Shown here one piece after another: positions 1-32,463 of a stretch of 64,000 bases of DNA. The translations under genes were made by a program, and so were the position numbers. Within the stretch, counting starts at the first letter, position 1; the number at the start of each line of letters is the position of its first letter. The notes below the pieces were generated by a model, which did not search any database, was not told the origin of the DNA, and was given only the letters and a program-made list of their open reading frames with translations. Origin of the DNA: Amoebidium appalachense (taxonomy: Eukaryota; Protista; Ichthyosporea); assembly GCA_963693365.1 (NCBI GenBank), contig CAVNZM010000017.1:5012708-5076707 (forward strand). Direction: 5' to 3'.

Positions 1-377
1 ATCCTTACTCTAGATGTAACAGTTGCTTGAGATAGAACATAAGAATAAGGTGCGGGTTCTCAACAGATGCAAAAATCAGCACACCAATATCTTGTTACCC
101 CTAGAGTCGGCGTGCACAAGAAAAACCACTCAAGCCCTAACCATGTTTCTACAACGTGATTCTACATAAGACAATTATCAAGACTACGCTACGAGTTTCC
201 GGAGTAAATATTAACGAAGCAGGACGATACGTGGCGCTCAAATGCCTCGGTAAGAATTAGAAAAAAGAAGGAAAGGCACACCAAAAAAGTCTTTTTTCTC
301 TGTATATTTGCCCTGTATTATTTTGCTCAAATCACACGGGTGCACCAATCATGGAAAATGTAGCCGGAAGCAGCGCC

Positions 378-1051
378 TCATTGCTGAGCCTGGGGAAAAA
401 CACAACTTGTTAGACTTGTGAGAACATCACCAGAGCAAGGGCGAAAAAAAAAAAAAAAAAAAAGAAGAGAGAGAGAGAGAGAGAAAGATAAACCCCCCTT
501 CCCCTCGGGGGGCCGAGCAAATGAATAGGACACGTAGGGTTCCTACGAATGAGAACAAATGTGTTGGCCTGCGAGTGTTCGTATGTGTGTGCCATCAACA
601 AGTGGACACCTTTGGCATGGTGTGTGTGTATGGGTGTGGGTTGAGAGCAAATGTGTGTTGGGTAAAGTGAACTATCAACTAGAGAGGAGTGCAGGGAGAG
701 CGTGCTATGCAGCTCACTGAATCACGTAGGCATACACACACACACGTACACACGTATGCACTAGCAGGAAAGTGTTGACAGGCACGCTGGGGGGGGGGGG
801 GGGGGGGGGGGGGGAGGTCGTGTAGCTGACATATGATACGGTCATGCTTGTGTGTGTGCGTGTGCGCGCGTATGCTTACGCCAGAGCGATGCAAAACATG
901 AACTAATCACCCAATCTTTCCACTGAGACGTAATTCACACAATCCAAACTTGAATACTTAAGACTGCTGTGCAGAGCTCAAAAATATCTGCGTACAGAAG
1001 CCCCCCCCCCCCCCCCCAAAAAAAAACAAAACACAAGGGACAACAAGAGGG

Positions 1052-1128
<77 letters not shown>

Positions 1129-1926
1129 ACCACACGTGTGCGTGCGTGCGTGGACACACACACACAAACCCACCTGCGCCTGCTGCGGCCCACTGCGCCA
1201 ATTTTGATTGGAGCTCGCCCCTCCCTGTCCATGCCAGTTGTTCTGGTTGTTTCCATACCCCCCACCCTGATTTCCACCATAACGATGCCCACCACCACCG
1301 CCACCATGGTGGCCCCCCCCCCACGGTTGTTATTGTATCCTCCATAACCACCACCGCCACCACGCCCACCGCGGTAATAATTCCCTCCGCGGCCTCCACG
1401 GTAGCCACCACGACCACGGCCACGGTAGTTTGCATCGGCACCGAATGTTTCGACGTTGACACGACGCTCCTCGGAGGCATTGTGACGCGGCCGCCTGTTG
1501 GGAAGGGAGGGGAAGGAGAGAAGGGAAGAGGGGGAGGGGGGGGGGGGGGGGGGGAGGTGTTTGAATGCGAAACACAGTACGCAGTACGAATACACGATGA
1601 GAAGCATGGTGCAGGACACATGCAAAGGCAAACATTTAAGTATGCAACACCAGCCATGCGCACAGTATGCGTCATAAGGGGGGGGGGGGGATTTGAATGT
1701 GTCATAAAGTACGAAGTACACAAGAACAATGGATAACACGATGAGGAATGCAAACCATACATGAGACACGGGCGGGGATGAGGGTAGCTTATGGGGGATT
1801 ATTTCTAAAAGCAGGAAAACACACACACCTTTTCTGCTTGCAGCATTGGAAACTTCACTTTTAACTGAACATTTTCAGGGGGAACACCTCGCCAAGGGGT
1901 TGGTGTATGGTGGTGGTGATGGGTAA

Positions 1927-1957
<31 letters not shown>

Positions 1958-3306
1958 AAGAAGGGGGTACGTGCGTACACACAAGCAAGTTACATCGTCT
2001 GACATTCAGAACTCAACAGTGCTTTGGTCCCTCGTACCCTCCATTCATTTCTCCCTCCCCCCCCCCCCCCCCCCCCCATATTCTTCTTCTTCCATCCCCC
2101 CACGCCACATTAAGGCAAAACGCAGAACCCCCCCCCCTCCCCCCCCCCCCATCTTTCCAAAAAAAAAAGAAAAAAAAAAAGAGGGCAAAACCAACAAAAA
2201 AGCAAGAAAGAGAGGGAGAAGCACACAAAAACCAAAAGCACGCACCTGCCCTCCTCCTGCTGCTTGTAGCGGTCAGTAATATCGCTGGACAGATTGTCGA
2301 AAAACGACTTCTTCGAGTCGTACACAACCTCATCGCTCAGCCCCAACTCGCTCAGAATCGCCTTAGCCTTGTCAGTGGAAGAAGAGGGAGCCTCGGGAGC
2401 AGAGGGTGCAGGGGTAGAATCCTCAGCGGGGGCGTGTGTTTCCTCGGTGTGAGTGGCGGATTCGGCGGCGGGTTCCGATGGGTGGTCTTCAGTAAGTTTC
2501 ATCTGTTGGAACTCCTGAAAGAAGGAAGGGGAGAAGGAAACATGGGAAATGGGGTTGGCGATATGCGGAAGGTGATTACAGTTTGGAACACGGGGGAGGG
2601 GTGGGTGGGTGGGAGAGGGGGGGGGGGGGGGGGGCCCTGATGTGGCCCGTTACATCCAAAACCCAAAAGGAACAACTACACAAACCAATAGCACCGTCGT
2701 ATCCTTCAAACACGCACGAAAATAAAAGGCAGAGAAAACCGCAAAAAAAAGGCAGAGAACAGGCGCAGAAAAACACAAGGCCACTCCATCACAGTCCCTC
2801 TGCACCAACTATCCCTCCCTGTCTGTTTACAATGTATTCTCTTTAAGTATGCTTTGCAACCTGCATAGTGCTATCCCTTATGGATGTGCACTTCGTACTC
2901 TTTAACACGGCCCCCCCCCCCCCTCTCTTCCCCCGCGTCTCCCCCCCCCCCCCCCCCCCAAAAAAAAAACACCCACCTCCACTCACCAGCCAATTCTAGC
3001 TAACAACTTCTCGATCTAAACCTCTCCCTCCGGCACCATACCATACCCTACCTCCCCCCCCCCCCCCCCCCCCCCCCCCCCACACACACACAGTCAGCAG
3101 AAACACACACACACCACACACACCTTCTCAATCTCTTCCTTGTGGAACTTCTCGTTCATGCTGGTGAAGTCAAACTCGCCCTCAAACACCAGCGGATGTC
3201 CGGCACCACCCCGGCCACGGCCACCACGGCCCCTGTGGGGGGCACCGCGCATGGGCCCACCGTTTGGCGGATACCCACCACGACCTAAAAAGGCGGGGAG
3301 GGAGGG

Positions 3307-3337
<31 letters not shown>

Positions 3338-5713
3338 GTTAGAATGTGGACACGGTACAAAGTGGACGTTATCTACGGAGAGTACAGAGGCGTAATTTGC
3401 AGGAACAACACATGCATACAGAACAAGCCGGCATGACTGAGGGAAGGGAGGAAGAGGAGGAGGGGGGCGGGTGATGTATGCGTTAAAGGGTTGAAGATAT
3501 GGAGGAGACACCAAAGGACAAAATACAAAGCGTCACAAAAATAAAACCAGAAATTAAACAAATTAATCGTGCAGACAGAAGACACTTGAACAGAGCCCAT
3601 CATCAGGAGGAGGGAGGGAGGGGGGGGGGGGGGGGGGGGTTAGAATGCGGACACGGTATAAAGCGCACGTTATCTACGGAGAGTACAGATGCACAATTTG
3701 CAGGGAACAACACGAGCATGCAGAACGAGTATGATTGACGGGAGGGGGGATGGGGCGGTGGGGGTGGTGGTTAAGGGGAAGGGGTGTGTGGGGTGTGTGT
3801 GTGTGGGGGGGGGGAGAGCATGAGCATGTGCCTGAATAGACAAACACATCAAAATCTCGTTTGTACGAAATGCAATGTACCGTGTGCGGCTCGGCTCGTT
3901 GGGCTCCTCATGTCTATCTCGACATTCTTTTAAAAAACAGCATCACACCGAAACGCACGACCAGACACAAAAGCGCGTGTTAAAAACCCAAGAATGCCAC
4001 AAAATTCTCTGGAAAGCCCCACCCATCCACCGACTTACATCCCTGGAGAGCCATCTCAACCATGAACCAGACTTATCTCAACCAAAAATGATCACACACC
4101 GACGCCCAATACCCCTTATTCATCATCACAACCCTATAAATGCAACAACCAGACACACACACACACACACACACACACACCTCCGGGATGGCCCTGGAAC
4201 CTTTGCTGCTGTGGGTGTCCCCCCCTGTGTCCTCCACCCCTCCCCCTGTGCGCAAAACCATCCCCATGGCCCTGCTGGTGCATCCCACCATCCGTCCCCA
4301 TGTCGGGGGGTGGGAGCAGACCCTGCGCCTGTCCAGGCGCGGCCTGATGCTGTGACGTCATCACTTCAGTGGCGGCGGCAGCGGCCGGCTGCATGCTCTC
4401 AACAGGCGCCGGTTTGCTTGCAGGGGCCTGTTCGGTCTTTTTCTGCGCCGCCTGAGAAGGCGCCTGGGTGGATGCCTGTGCCTGTGCAGGTGCGGCGGCA
4501 GGGGCAGGGGCTGGCGCGGCGCCGGTGGCCGCAGGGGGTACAAGTGCCTGTGCGGGTGCGGCGGGGGCAGAGGGAGGTGCTCCGGGTGCAACGGCAGGAG
4601 GAGGGACCATGGGGGGTGGGCCGTAGGGAGGATACGGCTGCTGAGGGGGGGCTTGTTGCTGCTCGCCACCTTGGCCCGGGGGTGGGGGTGGAGGCGCATA
4701 GGGGTTGTATGGGGGCATGTAGCCGTGCTGGGCATAGGGGGCATAGTACTGGTGGTAATAGTGGTAGGGATCGTATGCCTGCTGGTAGTAGGGGTGCCCT
4801 GGGGGCGGCATCCCCTGCGGTGGTGGCGGGTAGCCGTATGGGTTGGGAGGAACCTGAGCGGCATTTTCCTGGCCGGGTGCTGGCGCCTGATGGAAGGGAT
4901 GTGACACGTTTTTTTAAAAAAAAACCAAAAAAACAGAGCGTGCCAGAGGGGCCGCAAAAAGAGTTGAGAACACGGAGGACTGAATTGGTAGACTTCTGCT
5001 TCAACAGCGCGGGGGGGGGGGGGGGGGGGGGGTTTGCATGTGTAGACAAAACAATAACCAACACACCACTTATGGTCGCGGGCCACAAGTGTTTCATGAT
5101 GCATGTGCTTGTGTGTATATGCACTTCCGGAAGTGTGTGCCTTGAATCTGCCAGAACCCTCTCCTTCACAAGAAACCAAAACATAAGGAAACCAAAACAC
5201 ACACCTGTGGTGGGGCCGGCTGCTGAGGCTGGGACTCCTGGGGAGCCTCAAGCACTACCAAGTCCTTGATCTCAGCTGCCTTGAAAACAATGCTGGGATA
5301 CACATCGTCTGAGGCAGGAATTTCGCTGTCCCCACCCTTACGCCCCTCCGTGCCAAATGCTTTCACTGCAAATGCAAATCCGTCAGCTTGCTTCTTCACC
5401 TCAGCCTGCTCAGCTCGACACAGTGCCCAAAGCTCTGTGTGTATAACACTCGACAAACACAAGCAGGGCAGATTGGTCTGGAGCTCACGGGCTTAGTAGA
5501 GAAGGGAAAAAACAAGCACTACGAGGGTGCCACTCCCGGATCACAGTCAATTGTTAGGCTTCTTAATTCTAGAACCCCAGGTGTCCCATCAGGCTTACCA
5601 TTGGACAAAGTGACTGTCGCCGACGAACTGTCGACATTGTGAAGAGTGCCTTCGTAGCGCACTTCGGACTTAGCAATGAGCTGAATCTTGCTCCCCAAAT
5701 AAGGGGCGCTCAT
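378..5713 (-). CDS. LSM14: LSM14/Scd6/RAP55-family mRNA decapping activator/P-body protein. Exons 5713-5599, 5365-5205, 4886-4181, 3284-3124, 2514-2246, 1494-1174 and probably 389-378
   Basis: N-terminal Lsm domain (MSAPYLGSKIQLIAKSEVRYEGTL...VKAFGTEGR...IVFKAAEIKDL), Pro/Gln-rich middle, FDF motif (EGEFDFTSMNEKF), FFD box (YDSKKSFFDNLS), TFG box (ERRVNVETFG), RGG tail. All introns GT-AG with consistent phase. One-base frameshift in a G10 run (1313-1322). The last micro-exon (AQQ*) is tentative. Confidence 0.92.
1556..1765 (-). repeat. Intronic interspersed repeat family, two modules separated by poly-C (LSM14 intron 5)
   Basis: Close match by eye to 13920-14040 (+) and 61512-61830 (-), e.g. 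shared TGTTTGCCTTTGC..GTGTCCTGCACC.TG.TTCTC.TCGTGTA. Confidence 0.85.
2820..2910 (+). repeat. Diverged copy of the same repeat family, antisense to LSM14 intron 4
   Basis: CTGTTTACAATGTATTCTCTTTAAGTATGCTTTGC...ACTTCGTACT aligns with the minus-strand module at 61690-61780 and is followed by poly-C. Confidence 0.6.
3335..3736 (-). repeat. Two ~100-bp direct copies (3335-3437, 3639-3736) in LSM14 intron 3, each ending CATTCTAAC + poly-C
   Basis: Shared core CTGTACTCTCCGTAGATAACGT..CTTT.TACCGTGTCC.CATTCTAAC. The terminus resembles that of the 13920-14040 copy (TACCGTGTTCCGCATTCAAC-polyC). Confidence 0.8.
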
Positions 5714-6625
5714 TTTCGAGGCGGGTGGCGGAGCAACGCTCCAAGAACCACCGTGCAACCTGCAGCGAAATAACGGTTGTTACAAAATAGATCGAAGGGA
5801 AGGCTGGACTACCCTGTCAGTAAAACAACCATGGTAGACTGAGCGGGGTAGCCGATTGCTGACAGCATTAAAAAACACAGCTACTCTAGCCGCATATAAA
5901 TGGACATGCGCTTCTATGTCAAAAATAGTCCGAAGCGCGTCCAGTGCAACCAACCACTAATACGATTTCACAGATTTCACCTTCCATCCAAAAACCAATC
6001 TCTCCACTCCCTCCCTCCGCTCTCTCTCCCGTCGTTTATGCTACAGATATTGGGAAAGCTGCCCTAAAGGGATACGTACAAGAAGATATCTCTTCCCCTT
6101 GTGTCTTTTCAGTCGAAAAGCCACGGATGGCCCTTTTCTCTGATGGATACTCAATGGATCCCGCAGAACTTTTGGCTCCAAACTGGAATTTTTCTTCAAT
6201 GTTTTTTCCGGATCCTGTTTGTTTTTCTTTCGGAAACAGGGACTGGCCTCTGTGTGACGTCATGGCTCGTTGCCGGGAGTGACTGCCAATCCAAACTGTT
6301 ATTGATATACCATATATGGGGTTTTGGCGGTTATCGCATTCCTTTGAAGGTGCAAAAAGCGCGGTATGTTTGCGCGAGTGACTCGCTCCTGCTCAGCTGT
6401 CTGCTCAGCTGTCAACTGCATTAGAAGCAGTGTGGTGTTACGTACGTGTGTCAAGGATTCTTCAATTTTTCGCATGTTAACGTCAAAGGAAGACTGGCAC
6501 ATGGCGCCGTCGTTTCATTTATAAATAAGTACGGTGCCACACATGATTCTTTACCACCGAGTAGCATAGGACAGACGGAAATGCATTCATTTCCCAGAAT
6601 CTAGCAGGTACACATCAAGTCAAAC
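5714..6625. promoter_or_regulatory. Probable bidirectional promoter/5' UTR region between LSM14 and FAN
   Basis: Divergent ATGs 913 bp apart. The interval lacks the microsatellites that fill neighbouring introns. Confidence 0.55.
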
Positions 6626-27306
<20,681 letters not shown>

Positions 27307-27866
27307 AAATAGGTGGAGGTATCCAAAAATAGCATGACTGCATGACTACGGCTTATGTATGTGCGAGGTGTAGCTCTTTTGCCCCCTTCCCCCCCCCCCC
27401 CCTTTTTTCCTTTTCTCTTTTTTTAAAAAAAAAAAACAATTTTGTCTTTTCATTCGACTCTTCTATGTATTCTATTACAGCAACCCCATTGGGGTCTTGG
27501 ACGGGTGAACGAAGGTTGGGATCTTTTTGTTGTTCTTTTTTTTGTTTGTTTGTTTGTTTGTTTGTTTGTTTGTTTTATTTTGTTTTTTCTGTCCTTCTTT
27601 TTTGCTCGAACAATCTGCTCTATATACCACAAAATGCCATATGGAAACAAAACCATATCATATTGTAAGTTGTGGATTTTTTTTGATTTTTTTTTTCCTA
27701 ATGTCTTTTATAGTGTCTTGTCTTGCAAACCCGTCTTTACCGTAGGTCCCAGCTTCACAAAAGTAGCTCACTGTATATAAGCTGTGGATCGACGGATAGC
27801 TTTTGTATTTAGTTCCTCTCGTGAATGCTTTTAGGCACCGTGCAGCAAGGAAATAGGTACGAAAGG

Positions 27867-27906
<40 letters not shown>

Positions 27907-28967
27907 TGGGGTGGGGGGAGGGGGGGGGGGGGGGGGGGGGGGGAGGGGGGGGGGGGGGGGGGGGGGGGGAGGGGGGGGGGGAGGGGGGGGGGGGGGCTGT
28001 TTCGGTCATATATGCATGACACACTCTAGGACACAAGTATGCATGTGTCGTGACTGAGTAGAGAATTTGTTTGTTTGTTTTTTCCTGGCTGTGTTTAACC
28101 ATACTTAAACTATGCGTGGTTTCACTTTTTCCTTTTTTCGCGGACAATTCATGCTCGAATCCCATGTCAGTAATTGGTTTCAATGTGCTTGCGTGATTCA
28201 TGTGTGTTTAACATGGTGTATACGGGTGAATACCACCCCAAGTATTTTGTACAGACTATCTGACACTCGAACGGTTATCTCAAAATGAATAAATTTTTCT
28301 GAAAACCGAGCTACGCTGAAAACTTAAGTATGTTTGTGTGTGTGTGCGCGCGCCCATGTGTGTGGTGTGTGCATGTGTGTGTGTACATGTGTGTGTGCAG
28401 TGCACCTGGGCCTTTGTTTTACAGGTGGTGTGTGTGTGTTGGGGAGTGCAATGATTTGTATAAGGTGATATCCGTATTTATGAGGTTCAAGTGACTCGGT
28501 TGTTAACTTTAGCGACAAAACTGCACGGTGTTTCCGGAAAAGTCATTGGTTGACGCCAAAAAGAATATTGCCAAATGCAGACGCCGTTGAAACATCTGGT
28601 ACAGTAGACAAAGGCTTCGTGTCTTTTCACACACGCATACACACTCTCTGTAGACCCCCTCCCCCCCCCCCCCCCCCCCCCCCTCTCTCTCTCTCTCTCC
28701 GGCGCATCCTCATAATATCTTCCTACTCCTGCCTTCCTCTCTAGATCGAGTACTCTCTCTCTTCTCACTCAATCACAATAAACACATAATATACATACAC
28801 AGGTGCCTGCGCGCACACACCGTGACACGCGCAAACACGTAAGGAATAAACCTGACAAAAAATACTAAGGTTTTAAAAGAGATTACACACACGCACCGTG
28901 ATACTTTTTGGAACTTCGATTCACTGGAGTTTTCTTAAACATGCACACACACACACACACACAAACT

Positions 28968-29244
<277 letters not shown>

Positions 29245-29279
29245 CTGTCCCCCCCCCCCCTCCCCCCCCCCGTCCCCCC

Positions 29280-29310
<31 letters not shown>

Positions 29311-29962
29311 TTTTTTTTGTAGGCTCTCCCCCCTTCCTCCCTTCCTCCCACCCCCCCCCCCCCCCCCCCCCCCTCCTCTCTTTTCTCTTTCTCTCGAGCG
29401 CTGCGGCTTCTCTGATCTGGCCCTACATATGTAGGCCGGGCTAGCTGAGCCTGCGTGACGCCTGCAGCCACCCCACACATGCACGAAGTAGGCGCAGGCG
29501 CAGGCTAAATAGCCTGGCTTTACAGTCAGGACACTGGATGACGAGCGATTACATGTACCCAAGGTCCCAATTGCCGATTGGAGTGCCAATCTGGATGGCG
29601 ATTGGTAGATCTAAAAGTTAAGCACGACCTGGTTTGAGCGTAATCATGCGCGGTAAACGGTTGCTCGCCATCTCCGCGAGCTGGCAAGCTGAGCTGGCAG
29701 CTGTCGCTCCGGCAGGATGTTCATATTAGGAGCAAGTTTTGGAGCAAGTAGGTAGAGGTATGATAGTGTGGTGGGGTTGTGCATAAAACCGGGGTTTTCC
29801 CGACAAGTACATCAGACATAACCACAATAAGGATACATTCAAAACCACTATTTATCGCCCCGGAGTTCCAGGAGAACAAACACGTACAACGTTAACGATT
29901 TCGTCCTGTCGAGAAACCAGCCAGGCGAACGCACGTTGCAATCCACAACTAGTATTACAAGC

Positions 29963-31531
29963 ATGGGCAGCAAAACCGACACCACCCCAGCTTTTGCCAA
30001 GCTCCGTCGCGACAAATGGCTATATTCCATCGCCCATTCGAGCTTTATTGTGGGTGTCTGTTGTTTTGGCGTTCTGTATGCAGCGTCCCTCCTCGCTCGT
30101 TCAACCGGTGCACTTGCGTTCTACGTGTACGCCAAGTCAACTCCCATAGTTGACAGACTTCAGAATGCACCGAACTACCTTTTGCTCTGCCTCTACGCTC
30201 TGCTCGCATATGAGCTGTACACAATCCTCAACGCTTATGTCGACATGAACTCCAACCCAAGCCCCAAGGCCAGTAATAGTGGTAAATCTTCACACGAAAA
30301 CGGCAACATTAACAAACGGCGCGGCGTGACGTACGAGCGGACTGTTGTGCCCAAGGAGGTATCTCTGCGCCACGTTATCCTGTTTGCCATAAAGAAGCCG
30401 CGCTATTATCTTCGCCTATTCCAATCGTTCTTCCACGGTGTTTTGATCCGTCTCACACCTTCAGCTGTTATGGAACGGTGTACGGAGACAGACGTGGTTG
30501 ATTTGCTGCTAACGAGTGCTTTAATCGCATTCTGCAAGGTGGAAAACATAAACAATAATGACACGAGCTCGAGCACCAACGACGTAGGAGATGAAGGCAA
30601 CACTTCAGACAAACCCATGAGCAACGGCATTCTCGTCAGGTTCCAAATGAAAAACTTCGCCTTCGTGTACATCCGCGACAAATATGACTGCACAATCGAC
30701 GTGACGTTTTCTCTGCAAGGCTTAGGCGAGCCCGCTAACTCGGACGTCAGCCCTTCCTCGACAAAACACAACCCCTCCTTCGCCGGCGCGAAAGCAACAG
30801 TTCATTCATTTTCTTTCAACGGCCTACCCGTAGCGAACGTTGAACAGCAGTACTATATTATCTACGCCATCATCACCGCCACCACGCACCCCGCCCTGCA
30901 CTCATTCTTTGGCCCACTCTACGAGTCGCGGTCGCCTGAAACCGAGGCCAAATACGATGAGCTCTTCCAGAATGGGCAATATCTTAACCATGTTTCCGCC
31001 ATTTACCCTGGTATGTTGACTGGAAATGTTGACTGGGCTTCCAAGGTAGTTCGCCATAACAGTCTCCTTCCCATTCCTGTACACCACACGGAACTGAACA
31101 AATTGGTCCCGTATTCGCGTTCGTGTTCGTTTCTCGTCAACGGGCGCTTGCAACTGGTAAAGCTTTGCAAGAAGTACAACATTGACATCGAAGTGGAGCA
31201 ATTCTTCCTTAGCAGCATGCTTCACTCTGTCGAACACTTCATCGTCGGCGACATGAGCCGCTACAAGTGGTGCATGGTAGAAGATAACCTCGCGAGCCTG
31301 GTTGAGAATAAAACGGACGCTAAAATCACGTCGCTGATTTTGAGCCGCGATGGTTCGTATCCTTGGCTCTACAACGAAATGTATGTGCGGCCCATATACG
31401 ACATCCCGTGGATGGCCAACCTACTGAGGGTGCAGACGCACAAGACGCCGTTTTATCGGGACCTGTACTTGGCACTGTCACAGATTGATGCCGGGCTGGC
31501 TGACATTGTTGAACTGAGTATTAGTCACTGA
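29963..31531 (+). CDS. Intronless 522-aa uncharacterised protein with N-terminal hydrophobic segments and two His clusters (putative membrane-anchored metalloenzyme)
   Basis: 1569-nt open frame free of microsatellites. Hydrophobic stretches FIVGVCCFGVLYAASLL and YLLLCLYALLAY; motifs THPALHS and LHSVEH. Confidence 0.85.
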   Translation: MGSKTDTTPAFAKLRRDKWLYSIAHSSFIVGVCCFGVLYAASLLARSTGALAFYVYAKSTPIVDRLQNAPNYLLLCLYALLAYELYTILNAYVDMNSNPSPKASNSGKSSHENGNINKRRGVTYERTVVPKEVSLRHVILFAIKKPRYYLRLFQSFFHGVLIRLTPSAVMERCTETDVVDLLLTSALIAFCKVENINNNDTSSSTNDVGDEGNTSDKPMSNGILVRFQMKNFAFVYIRDKYDCTIDVTFSLQGLGEPANSDVSPSSTKHNPSFAGAKATVHSFSFNGLPVANVEQQYYIIYAIITATTHPALHSFFGPLYESRSPETEAKYDELFQNGQYLNHVSAIYPGMLTGNVDWASKVVRHNSLLPIPVHHTELNKLVPYSRSCSFLVNGRLQLVKLCKKYNIDIEVEQFFLSSMLHSVEHFIVGDMSRYKWCMVEDNLASLVENKTDAKITSLILSRDGSYPWLYNEMYVRPIYDIPWMANLLRVQTHKTPFYRDLYLALSQIDAGLADIVELSISH

Positions 31532-31589
31532 GTTAGGGCATGAGGACGAGCTATTGGTGGTGGTGGACGAGGTTTTTTTTTTTTTTTTT

Positions 31590-31620
<31 letters not shown>

Positions 31621-31642
31621 GAGGGGGGGGAAGGAGGGGGGA

Positions 31643-31674
<32 letters not shown>

Positions 31675-31917
31675 ATTAATAAGGGCGGGGGGACTTGGGA
31701 AAGCTTTTTATAGGTGGTCGAACCATATATGATGACTTATAGTATTACTGCTGAAGAGTCCTTTTTTATCGATATCCTTTCCGCCGGCTAGGAGCCTCGA
31801 GTTCGTGGCAGTGGTACAGTCATTGTATGGTATACATAAATAGTAGTATTATGTAATACAGGCATGCAAACAGTGTCACCATGATGTAAGAGTGGGGAGG
31901 GTGACCGTGGGAGGGGG

Positions 31918-31960
<43 letters not shown>

Positions 31961-32418
31961 TGGATTGGGGGGAGTGGAGCAGCCGGTGCGGGTGTAAAAA
32001 TGAACATGGGTGCATAGACAGCACACAATGCATGGCTCGCACAGTACATATCACATTGTATACAAATATTTTCGAAATCAAGGTTTGCATGGTTGTGACA
32101 TGATGGCAACAATACACAATACGTACACAAAGGTTGATTTTTTTTTTTAACGATCACACTGTGATCGAGTGTGGCACTGCACAGGCACCTCCCCCCTCCC
32201 TCCCCTCCCTCCCCTCTCCCCCGGCCCCCCTCCCCCCCTTCCCTCCCCTATTACGGCTTGCCCCTCCCTCCCTCCCCCCCCCCCCACCCCCTCCCTCCCT
32301 CCGGCGTGCCCTAGGAAAATGATTTTTTTGAAAGCCAGGCACCGTCGCATTCTTATGGTTTTTGTCGTACACTGCATACATGCGAGGAAACAGGCCACTG
32401 CGGCTGAGAACTGCATGT

Positions 32419-32463
<45 letters not shown>

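Noticed and set aside
3875-5269. 464-aa plus-strand ORF
   Set aside because: Antisense shadow of the GC-rich LSM14 exon 3.
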